From Candidatus Kapaibacterium sp. (GTDB taxonomy: Bacteria; Bacteroidota; Ignavibacteria; Kapaibacteriales; UBA2268): a stretch of 64,000 bases of DNA. Shown piece after piece: positions 37,835-48,600 of the stretch. The translations under genes were made by a program, and so were the position numbers. Numbering within the stretch: position 1 is the stretch's first letter; every line of letters starts with the position of its first letter. Where the stretch lies: contig OY762428.1 in assembly GCA_963665665.1 (NCBI GenBank), forward strand, positions 4,416,001-4,480,000, in the 5' to 3' direction. Below the pieces are notes generated by a model, which was not told the origin of the DNA, searched no databases, and worked only from the letters and a program-made list of their open reading frames with translations.

Positions 37835-39117
37835 TGGAAAACATGGCTAATATTCCCGTACCCTATGATATACCTCTCGATATGCCTTTGCCGGAATGGC
37901 TGCTCGTTGTTCTTCTGATAGTTTCATTCCTTCTGCACATTCTATTTGTGAACCTGATGCTCGGCGGTACATTCCTTACTTTCTGGTTTGAAAGAAAAGG
38001 CCGTGATAACAGCGATTATATCAGGCTGGCACAGGAAATAGGCAAAACCATTACAGTGAACAAATCTTTGGCAGTTGTGCTCGGGGTAGCGCCGCTGCTA
38101 TCAATTAATGCTCTATATACAGTATATTTCTATTCTGCAAACGCTCTGACCGGAATTTACTGGATTTCTCTGGTTCCGCTTGTTACGGTTATATTTTTGT
38201 TATTATACTGGCACAAGTACAGTTGGAAAAAATATGAGAACAGGAGAACATTCCATTTGTCGCTAATTGGAATTGCATCGGTCATGTTCCTTTTCGTTCC
38301 CCTGATTTTCCTGACCAATATCAACCTGATGCTCTTCCCCGAGCAGTGGGCAAACGTCAAGGGCTTCTGGGACGCGGCCTTTCTTTGGAACGTAATACCG
38401 CGCTACCTGCATTTCGTAACGGCTTCCTTTGCTGTAACGGGATTATTCCTTTTCGGATATTTTCGCAGGAAAAATTCCAATCTAAATGAAATTCTTGAAA
38501 ACAGCAGCCGCGAGGAAATACTTACAAAATTCTATAAAATTGCACTCCATGCCTCGCTGGCGCAGCTTGTATTCGGCCCGCTTGTATTCTTTACACTCCC
38601 CTGGGACGGAGTAACCTGGGGCCTTGCCCACACGATAATCACAGGAATAGCTTTTGCGCTGGCTGCAATGTTCTTTATGTGGAAGGATATCAGGACAAAA
38701 GTCCTTGACGGTGGAAAGCATTTCGGCAAAGTCGTAATAGCCCTTACTGTTACCGTAATGCTGATGGGTACCGGACGCCACGTATACAGGGCAACCGTGC
38801 TTGGCCCGCACAAGCAGGCAATGGCCGAGAAAACTGAGAATTATATACGGGAAGCTAAGCAGGCTGCCAGGAGAGCAGAAGCGCTATCGAATATTGAAAC
38901 TATGGAACTGAAAATTGATAAAGAACTCGACCGCTTCACAAGAAGGGCGCTGTATAAAATATACGAAGGCAATACAGCCATAAAGGATATTAAGTTCGAT
39001 CTGGCAAGGCAGCTTATTATATTCAAATATGAGAAAACAAAGATAAGCGGCAGCGATATAATTGGGCTTGTTAATAATAAGGAATTCAAGGTAAAAAGCG
39101 AATTAAGCCGAAATTGA
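37834..39117 (+). CDS. Partner polytopic membrane protein with small C-terminal soluble domain
   Basis: LLHILFVN, PRYLHF His-bearing helices; start overlaps the upstream stop. Confidence 0.75.
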   Translation: MENMANIPVPYDIPLDMPLPEWLLVVLLIVSFLLHILFVNLMLGGTFLTFWFERKGRDNSDYIRLAQEIGKTITVNKSLAVVLGVAPLLSINALYTVYFYSANALTGIYWISLVPLVTVIFLLLYWHKYSWKKYENRRTFHLSLIGIASVMFLFVPLIFLTNINLMLFPEQWANVKGFWDAAFLWNVIPRYLHFVTASFAVTGLFLFGYFRRKNSNLNEILENSSREEILTKFYKIALHASLAQLVFGPLVFFTLPWDGVTWGLAHTIITGIAFALAAMFFMWKDIRTKVLDGGKHFGKVVIALTVTVMLMGTGRHVYRATVLGPHKQAMAEKTENYIREAKQAARRAEALSNIETMELKIDKELDRFTRRALYKIYEGNTAIKDIKFDLARQLIIFKYEKTKISGSDIIGLVNNKEFKVKSELSRN

Positions 39118-39156
39118 TTTGGCATAAATCCGAGGTTGCCTCAAAGGTGTGATTAG

Positions 39157-39335
39157 TTGTCATTCCCCGATAAATCGGGGCCAGCGTGGAAAAATTTTCC
39201 CCCTCCTTCCCAAGCCCTGCTTGGGAAGGTCAACACCATGAGAAAAGAATTTATTCCGCATCTAAGCAGGTGCTTAGACGCGAGGATGAGATTACAGATA
39301 CTAACCTTCCGAAGGTTTGACACCTTCGGAAGGTT
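39157..39335. repeat. Cluster of REP-like hairpins between convergent genes
   Basis: CCCCGAtaaaTCGGGG, CCTTCCCAAGccctgCTTGGGAAGG, AACCTTCCGAAGGT...ACCTTCGGAAGGTT; the first ~70 bp recur at ~56404-56478. Confidence 0.75.
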
Positions 39336-39362
39336 CTGAGAAAGGTATGTATTTCCCCCTGC

Positions 39363-41567
39363 CTATTTTTTCTGTTTCGGGTTGTTTCCTTTTGCCTGCT
39401 TGATTGACAGGTTTATCCTTTTTAGTTTTTCGTCCACGTTCAGTACAAGTACTTTAACTATCTGGCCCACGTTCAGGAATTTTGCAGGGTCTTTCACGAA
39501 TGTGTTGGCTATTTCGGAAATGTGCACGAGGCCGTCCTGGTGAACGCCAATATCCACGAAAGCGCCAAAATTTGTGATGTTGGTAACCACGCCTTCGAGT
39601 TCCATGCCTATCTTCAGGTCGGAGATAGCATTTATTCCCTCCATGAATTCCGCATATTTGAATTCGTCCCTCGGGTCGCGGCCGGGTTTTTCCAGTTCGG
39701 AAATAATATCAAGCAGCGTAGGCTCGCCGATTGTATCCGATATATAATTTTTAATATTGATCTTTTTCAGCAGTTCGGGCATTTTGGCAAGCTGCTCGGG
39801 TTTTACCTGAAGGTCGGTTGCGAAGTTCTCTACAATATGATAGCTCTCGGGATGTACAGCCGTGTTGTCCAGCATATTCTCGCCCTCGCGTATCCTCAGG
39901 AATCCGGCGGAAAGCTCGAAAGCCTTGGGCCCGAATTTAGGTACTTTCATCAGCTGTTTCCTGTTTTTGAAAGCGCCGTTCTCATCACGCCAAAGCACGA
40001 TATTCTTTGCAATAGTTTTGGACAGGCCCGAAACATGGATCAGCAATTCCTTGGATGCGGTATTCAGATCTACGCCAACGTAGTTCACGCAGCTTTCTAC
40101 AGTTTCTTCAAGCTTTTTCTTCAGCAGTTTCTGATCCACGTCATGCTGGTACTGCCCCACACCGATTGACTTCGGATCGATCTTTACGAGTTCCGCTAAT
40201 GGGTCCTGGAGCCTGCGGGCAATAGAAATTGCTCCCCTGATCGATACATCCAGATCGGGGAATTCCTCGTTTGCAGTTTTGCTGGCGGAGTAAACAGAGG
40301 CTCCTGCTTCGTTCACCAGCACTTTTACGGGTTTGGTTTTCATCTTTGCAATAATATCGGAAACGAATTTGTCTGTTTCCCTTCCGGCTGTACCGTTGCC
40401 GATACCGATAAGGCCGATATCATGCCTGATTATCATATCCTTAACAGTCTCTTCGGCATTCATTTTCTGATAATCAGAGCCGGTAGGATATATTGTTTCA
40501 TACTCGATAAATTTTCCTGTGCTGTCGATTATGGCAATTTTGCAGCCAGTTCTGAAGCCGGGGTCGATCCCCATTGTGGGCTTCATTCCGGCAGGAGCTG
40601 AAAGAAGCGCCTGGCGCAGGTTTTTCTCGAATACGTCAATCGATTCAAGGTCTGCGAATTCTTTCCTGTCGTTCCTTATCTCGCCGAGAATGGAATGTTT
40701 TATAAGCCGGGCGAAACAATCCTTGATAGCCGACCTAAAGAAATTAACAACTTCTTCCTGGCTTGCAAAACATTTTTTATATTCAATATATCCCAGCACT
40801 TCATCGATATCGAATTTTATATCAAACCCGAGAATATCTTCCTTTTCCCCACGCCTGAGTGCAAGCATATTGTGAGATACAATTCTCTTTACCGGGGCTT
40901 CGAACTCGCGGTACATTTCATATTTTGTTGATCCCTCGGGATGTTCGTCCTTTATCCATGAATAGACAACACCCTCGCGGAAAATATAATTTCTTATCCA
41001 TGCCCTGAGGTCGGCATCTTCGGAAATCTCCTCGGCAACAATATCCGAGGCGCCTTTTATAGCGTCTTCAGCAGTTTCCACGCCTTTTTCCTCTGATATA
41101 TATTTAGCGGCCTCGGCAATAAGGTCAATATATCCGGAATCGCCGCTATTGTGATCTTTGATAAATTCTGCCAGCGGTTCCAGCCCTTTTTCCCTCGCGA
41201 TAGTGGCCCTGGTTCTGCGTTTCGGTTTATATGGCAGGTAAAGGTCTTCCAGCTCGGTTTTTGAAAGGCAGTTCTCAATCTTGGCTTTCAGTTCGTCGGT
41301 AAGCTTACCCTGTTCTTCGATAGATTTCAGTATGGTTTGTTTCCTGTCCTCAAGTTCTTTCAGGTAGTCGGCCCTGTCGAAAAGGTCGCGAAGCTGATTT
41401 TCATCAAGCGTACCGGTTCTTTCCTTCCTGTACCTTGCAATAAAGGGAATGGTGCCGCCTTCGCTTCTTAGTTCAAGGGCATTGCTTACCTGCCACTCCT
41501 GCAGCGACAGTTCTTTGCTGATAATATTTATCATGTCTATCATATCATTCATCACTAATTTTAACAT
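39363..41567 (-). CDS. tex: Tex-family S1 RNA-binding transcription accessory protein
   Basis: TIPFIARYRKE, GIDPGFRTGCK, SIGVGQYQHD, S1 domain (FGAFVDIG..QDGLVHISE). Confidence 0.97.
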   Translation of the reverse strand: MLKLVMNDMIDMINIISKELSLQEWQVSNALELRSEGGTIPFIARYRKERTGTLDENQLRDLFDRADYLKELEDRKQTILKSIEEQGKLTDELKAKIENCLSKTELEDLYLPYKPKRRTRATIAREKGLEPLAEFIKDHNSGDSGYIDLIAEAAKYISEEKGVETAEDAIKGASDIVAEEISEDADLRAWIRNYIFREGVVYSWIKDEHPEGSTKYEMYREFEAPVKRIVSHNMLALRRGEKEDILGFDIKFDIDEVLGYIEYKKCFASQEEVVNFFRSAIKDCFARLIKHSILGEIRNDRKEFADLESIDVFEKNLRQALLSAPAGMKPTMGIDPGFRTGCKIAIIDSTGKFIEYETIYPTGSDYQKMNAEETVKDMIIRHDIGLIGIGNGTAGRETDKFVSDIIAKMKTKPVKVLVNEAGASVYSASKTANEEFPDLDVSIRGAISIARRLQDPLAELVKIDPKSIGVGQYQHDVDQKLLKKKLEETVESCVNYVGVDLNTASKELLIHVSGLSKTIAKNIVLWRDENGAFKNRKQLMKVPKFGPKAFELSAGFLRIREGENMLDNTAVHPESYHIVENFATDLQVKPEQLAKMPELLKKINIKNYISDTIGEPTLLDIISELEKPGRDPRDEFKYAEFMEGINAISDLKIGMELEGVVTNITNFGAFVDIGVHQDGLVHISEIANTFVKDPAKFLNVGQIVKVLVLNVDEKLKRINLSIKQAKGNNPKQKK

Positions 41568-41962
41568 TCACAATTTCAAGAACACAAAAATATGAAAAAA
41601 AGCGGAAATCGGGGAGTGGGGATTATTAAAGATAAAATGGTGTCAATTTTTTCTATAGTCCGGATTAGTCATTGGAATTATTGTCTTTTTATAAGCTTAA
41701 GCCAATAATATTGATATTCAGAACGAAGCCAGTCAGCATTGCTGCGAACCTACGGCGAGAAGAATTTTACTTCTTTGAAAAATACCGAAGCAAAACTTCA
41801 GCGGATATTAACATTGCGAAGCGGGGGATTCGCAATGAGGATAATAATTTTGCCAGGGAATCATTCCTGCGAGCAATGGGGCTGTATTTATGGTGTTTCT
41901 ATTCATTTTTGTTTAAAATAATACCTGCCCCCGAAGGGCGGGGATTGTTTGAATTTAAATAC

Positions 41963-42658
41963 TCAATACTTTATAGGATTGTATGTAAAAAGATCATACC
42001 TTGTTAAAAATTGCATTATTTTTACAAGTTTCTTTGATTGTTCAGGATAGCATTTGCCACCATTTCCTTCATTAAAAGGATATAACCAAAACTCTGCAAA
42101 ATTTGATTCCTTATATCCATCATTAAGAAAAGCGTATAATGACATATTATAAAAGACAGAGCGTCTCATATTTCTGCATGTATCACGAACACCATATAAA
42201 TTGTCAAAATTACTAAATGAAATAATGTCATTTGATAATTCAATATCAGAAATCACTAAAACAGGATTAACTGATTTAGTGAATATTAATCGAGTTTTAT
42301 TATCAGTTTGTTTTACAAAAAAACAAAAATCACAAATTACACCCGGAAGACGCTTAAGTATAGTGGAGCTATCCTGAGGAAGAAATGACATTTCATTAAC
42401 TTCTCCGAAAAGCAATACGAAATCATCATTCCAGTAAAATTCTTTAACATACTTATATAGTTCTTTGAATGGTCTGTAAAACCTTAATGCCAGACTATAT
42501 GAATTGAAATTCATATCATCGATTTCGTTCCACTCATCTGTTACGGTGATATACTTACTTAATATGGGGTGAAAATCTTTCGGAACAATATAATTCTTAT
42601 TGCAGTTTAAATTACAATAAGATAATATTATTAAACTGATTATCGCAAATATTTTCAT
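41963..42658 (-). CDS. Hypothetical exported/lipoprotein
   Basis: Signal-like MKIFAIISLIILSYC at ATG 42658. Confidence 0.65.
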   Translation of the reverse strand: MKIFAIISLIILSYCNLNCNKNYIVPKDFHPILSKYITVTDEWNEIDDMNFNSYSLALRFYRPFKELYKYVKEFYWNDDFVLLFGEVNEMSFLPQDSSTILKRLPGVICDFCFFVKQTDNKTRLIFTKSVNPVLVISDIELSNDIISFSNFDNLYGVRDTCRNMRRSVFYNMSLYAFLNDGYKESNFAEFWLYPFNEGNGGKCYPEQSKKLVKIMQFLTRYDLFTYNPIKY

Positions 42659-42771
42659 TAAAAATCCTTCCAGGTCATTAGTAAATTGTATGCATACTTG
42701 AGTGTATAACTGCTTCTCATTACTGCAATTCGTTACTGTCATCATCGCTCATATTGTTTACCAGCCGGTCA

Positions 42772-43164
42772 TCAATTAATATTTTCATCTGCTGATACCC
42801 AGGAAGCAAATTCCAATGCTATATCAATATGTGCATAAGTTCCGCCGTAACGGCCAGCTTTGGATTGTAGCCCAATTGCATTTGTGGCATCAATCCATTT
42901 TTGAGCTGATAGAACAAAATGACTATATCCTGCCTCGCTTCTAAACAGGTCGAATTCGACCTGTTTAAAATCAGGATTATGCAATTTCTCCCACAAGCCA
43001 ATGAATTCAACAGTATCCTTTGTACTCATCCAGTGAGATATGACTAAACCCGTGGTTTCAGGATTTTTATGTTTTGCAATATCCGTTAAAGAAATATAAT
43101 CTGATTTCTGAAGTGTTGAAACTGTAATTTCCAGCTCCTTTACTTCAATCTTCTTGTTTTTCAT
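42772..43164 (-). CDS. KilA-N domain protein, probably C-terminally truncated
   Basis: YISLTDIAK, LWEKLHNPDF, GRYGGTYAH.DIA.EFASW, then an abrupt end. Confidence 0.85.
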   Translation of the reverse strand: MKNKKIEVKELEITVSTLQKSDYISLTDIAKHKNPETTGLVISHWMSTKDTVEFIGLWEKLHNPDFKQVEFDLFRSEAGYSHFVLSAQKWIDATNAIGLQSKAGRYGGTYAHIDIALEFASWVSADENIN

Positions 43165-43284
43165 TGCTTCATACCTTATTTTTAAGCCTTATTGCAATTT
43201 AACAATTTTGCTCCTCTTTCCCAAGTTGCCATTAGTAAGATACAATAATTTATTAATGCAAAATGTAAAAAATTTAACTTGTAA

Positions 43285-43308
43285 AAAGTTAACGAATTAG
43301 TTAACTTT
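43285..43308. promoter_or_regulatory. Candidate toxin-antitoxin operator palindrome
   Basis: AAAGTTAAC-gaatta-GTTAACTTT upstream of the XRE gene. Confidence 0.6.
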
Positions 43309-43384
43309 CAAGGGTAGATTTAACAATTGCTGAGAAACTGAAAAAGGAATACATAATTGAAAGCGAGGAATTATAATTAGTAAA

Positions 43385-43666
43385 ATGTTAGATTTTGAAG
43401 ACCTGCTTATAGAAAAATACGGAAAAAAAGGAACAAGTATGCGCGATAAATTTGATGCTGATTCGTTGGCTTTCAGATTGGGAGTTATGCTGAAAGAAGC
43501 AAGAAAAAATGCAAAGATGTCTCAGGCGGAACTTGCAGATAAAACAGGTACAAGCAAAAGCTATATATCAAGAATCGAAAGGGGTAAAAGCGATATTCAA
43601 ATTTCTACATATTATAAATTAATTGAAATTGGATTAGGAAAAAAACTTAGTATTACGATAATTTGA
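43385..43666 (+). CDS. XRE HTH protein (HigA-like antitoxin)
   Basis: LKEARKNAKMSQAELADKTGTSKSYISRIERG. Confidence 0.85.
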   Translation: MLDFEDLLIEKYGKKGTSMRDKFDADSLAFRLGVMLKEARKNAKMSQAELADKTGTSKSYISRIERGKSDIQISTYYKLIEIGLGKKLSITII

Positions 43667-43998
43667 TCCTTTTCACATCTATCAATCCTCTTCCCAAGTT
43701 GCACCTGGAAGGTCATATCCCACAAAGTAAAATTTGGAAAATCTCGAAGCAAAGGGTGGGATGCATTTTATTAATAATCCGACACTGCTATGCAGATATT
43801 ATGTGGATCCCGCTGTTATCATTTTGGGCTGTGATTTCCATAATCTGACAGGTTTTTGAAGTTCAAGGATTGCCTGATATTGAATCCGTGTAAATGAAAA
43901 TTATAAACTCTTGCTTCAAATAATTGATTATTTTAAATATTTTCTGTAAAATTCATTAACTTTGAAAAAAAACAGCAGTATTAACGGAGAAAGAAAGA

Positions 43999-44592
43999 AT
44001 GCAATATACGTCGGATTCGATAGAAAAGGTTGTTGAAATGTTCGCATCACTGCCAACGATTGGAAGGAAAACAGCACAAAGATTATCTTTTTTCCTGCTA
44101 AGGCAGCCGGAGGAATTTGTAAGGAAATTTGCTGAAAATATGATTGAAATGAAGGAAAAGGTCAATTTCTGCAATGTTTGTTACAATTATACTGAAAGTG
44201 ATCCCTGCCCAATATGTTCTTCTGAAAAGCGTGACAGATCTTTGATCTGTGTGGTTGAAGAGCCTAATGATGTCTTTGCCATAGAAAAAACAAACGAGTT
44301 TTTTGGCTTATACCATGTTCTTCACGGAGTTTTGAATCCGCTTGAGGGAATTACACCCGAAGAATTAAAAATTACCGAATTACTGCAAAGATCCGAAGGA
44401 GTGAAGGAAATTGTACTTGCACTGAATCCGAGTGTTGAAGGAGAAGTAACTTCTCAATATTTATCAAAATTATTCAAACCACTAAATATCAAGGTTACAA
44501 GGATTGCCCGGGGAGTTCCTGTTGGTTCTTCGCTGGAGTTTACAGACGAAGCAACTTTATCAAGGGCATTGCTTGGCAGAATTGAAATATGA
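43999..44592 (+). CDS. recR: Recombination mediator RecR
   Basis: LPTIGRKTAQRL, C4 Zn finger, TOPRIM (CVVEE, EGEVT). Confidence 0.98.
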   Translation: MQYTSDSIEKVVEMFASLPTIGRKTAQRLSFFLLRQPEEFVRKFAENMIEMKEKVNFCNVCYNYTESDPCPICSSEKRDRSLICVVEEPNDVFAIEKTNEFFGLYHVLHGVLNPLEGITPEELKITELLQRSEGVKEIVLALNPSVEGEVTSQYLSKLFKPLNIKVTRIARGVPVGSSLEFTDEATLSRALLGRIEI

Positions 44593-45194
44593 AAATGAAA
44601 AAATTGTTTTATATATTATTTCTTCTACTTTTGTTTCAGTCCTGCAACTGGTTCTCTACCAGAACGCCTGAAGAGCCGGATACGGGCAGGTCTTCCTATC
44701 AGCCTCCAACTTCTGCTGATATTGTGATCTCCAACATATTGAATGCAGTTAAGGAAAAGAATACAGACAACTATATTGCCTGCCTTTCGGATTCATCCGC
44801 CGGTAGTATATCTCTTTTTGAATTCCGGCCTGCTGCCGAGGCTTATGCCATTTATACAGGAATATTTGATTTTTGGGGTATCAATAGCGAAAGGCAATAT
44901 TTCGTATCGGCAGTAAGTGCAATAGAGACTGAAATATATCCGATATTTGTTCTAAATAATTCAAAATTTGAAATTTTACTGCCTGATTCAGCTGTCTATG
45001 TTTCTGATTATTATCTTGATATCGAGCATAATGCCGAAGCAATACCGACTGTATTTTCAGGTACAATGCGGCTTACTATTAAGCCTGCTACTTCCGGCCT
45101 TTGGGCTGTTTGCAGATGGATTGATACCAAAAAAAACAACGATACGATTGATAACACATGGAGTGAAATGAAAGCAATGTTCTTTAACAAGTAA
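44589..45194 (+). CDS. Lipoprotein, hypothetical
   Basis: Lipobox LFQSC; overlaps the recR stop. Confidence 0.8.
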   Translation: MKMKKLFYILFLLLLFQSCNWFSTRTPEEPDTGRSSYQPPTSADIVISNILNAVKEKNTDNYIACLSDSSAGSISLFEFRPAAEAYAIYTGIFDFWGINSERQYFVSAVSAIETEIYPIFVLNNSKFEILLPDSAVYVSDYYLDIEHNAEAIPTVFSGTMRLTIKPATSGLWAVCRWIDTKKNNDTIDNTWSEMKAMFFNK

Positions 45195-45262
45195 GAACTG
45201 CTTGGTTTAATGAATAAAATAAGTATATTGTCTGAATTAATTGAAAACCAAAAAAGGGAAAA

Positions 45263-45688
45263 ATGATGTATATGCGATTAATAATTTTAGCTTTTATCCT
45301 GTCGGGAATATTTGCCTCGTGCAAAACTATTGAACCATCGGAAGTGAAAGGCCGCGAGGGTATTCTGGAATTTTTAGATAGTAAATTCGGTGAAAATAAT
45401 TATAGAAGAATACCGAACCGCAGCGGTACAAAAATTTTATTTATCAAAACAATCCAAAGAGATAAATTAAATTTGAACGGCCCGCTGGAATTTGTTGTTT
45501 CCAATTTTAAGAATCAGACAATTATATGCCATGAAAAGTTAGAAAATGGCGTTGTAACATGGAAAGATAATGATATTCTTATGATAACTTCCGCTGAAGG
45601 TAATCCTTCTTCAGGCAGTAATTCACCCCTTGTTTTTAAATATTACGACACAGAACTAAGAAAATATATTGATTTACCCGGAGAATAA
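45263..45688 (+). CDS. Lipoprotein, hypothetical
   Basis: Lipobox IFASC. Confidence 0.75.
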   Translation: MMYMRLIILAFILSGIFASCKTIEPSEVKGREGILEFLDSKFGENNYRRIPNRSGTKILFIKTIQRDKLNLNGPLEFVVSNFKNQTIICHEKLENGVVTWKDNDILMITSAEGNPSSGSNSPLVFKYYDTELRKYIDLPGE

Positions 45689-45690
45689 AC

Positions 45691-48600
45691 ATGAAAAAGC
45701 TACTGATCGTATCTTATATAATTTTTGTTTCTATTGTATTATATTCTGTTTCTGAATTTATTAGCAGAAGTGCTAATATCAACAAACAGAGTTATTCAAA
45801 TACTAAAGATCATCAGGCAAAAGATAAAAATGAATCAGATAAATATGACGAACCTGCTATGTTCGTGAAATATTTCAATGAAATAAGGAAAAAGAACGGC
45901 CAGGACAGGCATGAATACCAGCCGGGCTACCAGATAGTTGAATTTCAGAAAGCGCTGAATTCAAAATTTGCTATAAAGGGCGACCGAACTCTTAATAAAC
46001 TGAACTGGATTGAACGTGGTCCTGCGAATGTAGGAGGAAGAACACGTGCTTTATGGGTTGACCCTGCTGATAACACTTTTTCCACATGGCTGGCCGGTTC
46101 CGTTGGCGGCGGAGTCTGGAAAACAACGGACAGAGGTAAAACCTGGGAAAATATGACACCTGATTTGCCGAATCTTGCTACAACCTGCCTTGCTTCATCA
46201 AAATCAAATCCGGATATTATCTATTGCGGAACAGGCGAAGGTTACCAGAACTCGGATGCAATAAACGGGTTGGGTATTTTTAAATCAACAGACAGGGGAA
46301 ACAGCTGGCATCATATAGAAAGCAGCAGAGGTTTCCAAAGTATAAACAGAATAGTTGTTGATCATCAAAATCCGGATATTGTTCTTTGCTGCTTTAATAA
46401 TCTTTTCACATCCAAGGGTAGCTCTGCCCGTATGTGGAATAGCAATGAATCGAAGATAATGAAATCAACCGATGGCGGAATTAGTTGGGAAGAAAAGCAT
46501 AGTTCCGGATCGAGGAGAATACAGCAGATAATAGCTCACCCTGAGAATTTTAACATTTTATATGCATCGGTTAACGGGCTTGGAATTCTGAAATCAACAG
46601 ATGCCGGGGAAACCTGGGAGGAATCATTCAATGTAAACGGCGAATCCAACAGGATGGAAATGGCTGTTTCACCGGTTAACCCGGATAAAATTTTTGTTAG
46701 TGCCGAAAGCGGTAATTACTCCAGGCTTTACATGACTACCGATGCCGGGGAAAAATGGCTGCAAACAATAACTACCAGTGGAAGAAATTACCACTGGCTT
46801 GGCAGCCAGGGGTGGTACGATAATACAATTGCTGCTCATCCCTACGACGAAAATATTGTTTATTCAGGTGGAATTAATCTTTTTAAACATCTGATAAAAT
46901 CAGGTACTGACTCCGTGCTGCAAATATTGGATATTGGACTTGAAGGCGAATCAAACTGGCTGACATATTTTTACGACGGCCTTCCCTTCCTTAACGGCAG
47001 CTTTGGTACTGGGCCTGACTTCTGGAGCGATGATAAAGTTGTTGACCCGAACAACGTAAGTTCGATAGAGATAAGGTTCGGTAAAGATAAGACTCAAAAG
47101 GCTTACAGGTTTACTAAAGCTGATGGAAGCGGTAAGCTGGATGGTTATATATATGAGGATTTTGTAGATGTTCCTTTCGAGGTTTGGGATACCGACCATA
47201 AAAGGAAACTGGCGGTTTCTTTTGTTGACTCTGATAAAAACGGAGAGTACAATGCAAGAAACAACGGAAGGGAATATATATTCGTATCAACATACAATTA
47301 CAGTACCAATATCAGGCCTGAACTTGCACAGGATATGGGAACAAAAAATTCTAACGCTTATGTGTTCTCCCCGCGTTTAATAAAAAATGCAGACTGGACA
47401 CCTTCAGAATTTGAAGATTTGACATTATCTGCAAAATGGGGTTATTTCTATTCATACAGAAAAGAAATGGCAGTTGTAACAGATGGTTATAGTCAATATG
47501 GCGGACCGAATAATAACTCTGTAATCCATGTTGACCACCATAATCTGCTGCCTGTACCAACGAATATTGCTAATAAGGAATTTTTACTGCTGAATTCTAA
47601 TGACGGTGGTGTAGCTTATTCTACAGATGAAGGAAATACCTGGACTGAAACGGATGAAGGGTTTTACAACACTTCTCAGTTTTATGGTTGCGACAGGCAT
47701 CCGGATGCAAACGAATATATCGCCGGCGCCCAGGATAACGGTACATGGGTTACACCCGATGGTATGGAGGCAGATAAATCAACATTTTATGATTATGCAA
47801 TAGGCGGCGACGGATTTGAAGCATCATGGCACTATACTGATCCCAACAAGATAATCGGATCAAGCCAGTTCAATGCATTCAGGAAAACAACAGACAGAGG
47901 TAAAACATGGAATTATGCCATTGACGGCCTTAGCGATGTAAGCTATAACGGCGGGGTATTTATTTCAAGGATTGCAAAATCACAAGCAGACCCGGACCTT
48001 GTTTTTGCAGTTGGAAGAAGCGGCGTATGGAGATCGGAAAACTTTGCTAATTACTGGACTGCAAGCAATATTCCGGATACTGCATGGAATGATGGTTACT
48101 ATCATTCGGCACAATGTGAAATTTCAATAGCTGACCCGCAGGTAGTATGGGCCGGGATAACCATGTCGGGAAAACACAGGATATTGGTATCAACTAATGG
48201 CGGCCTGGATTTCAACATTACAGAAAATTATGACATTGCAACAATGGGAAGGCTTACAGGCCTGGATAGCGATCCTTCAGACCCCAATACTGCTTATGCT
48301 GTTTTTTCCATTTCCAAAGGTCCGAAAATTTTAAAAACAACAGACCTCGGGCAGTCATGGACGGATATTACCGGTTTTGAGGATGGTGATGAAAGTTTAA
48401 ATGGATTTCCGGATGTAGCTGTGTTCAGTGTTCTTGTGATGCCATACAATAAAGATGTAATCTGGGCGGGAACTGAAATTGGCCTGTTTGAAACAACTAA
48501 TGGCGGACAGGACTGGCACTATGCCGATAACGGTTTGCCTGCAGTATCTGTCTGGCAGATGAGAATAGTAAAAAATCAGATTATACTTGCTACTCACGGC

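Noticed and set aside
39522-40169. 215-aa plus-strand ORF
   Set aside because: Antisense shadow of tex.
41672-42007. ORFs or ncRNA upstream of tex (hairpin CATTGCGAA..TTCGCAATG)
   Set aside because: No recognisable protein or RNA family motif; an Rfam search would be needed.
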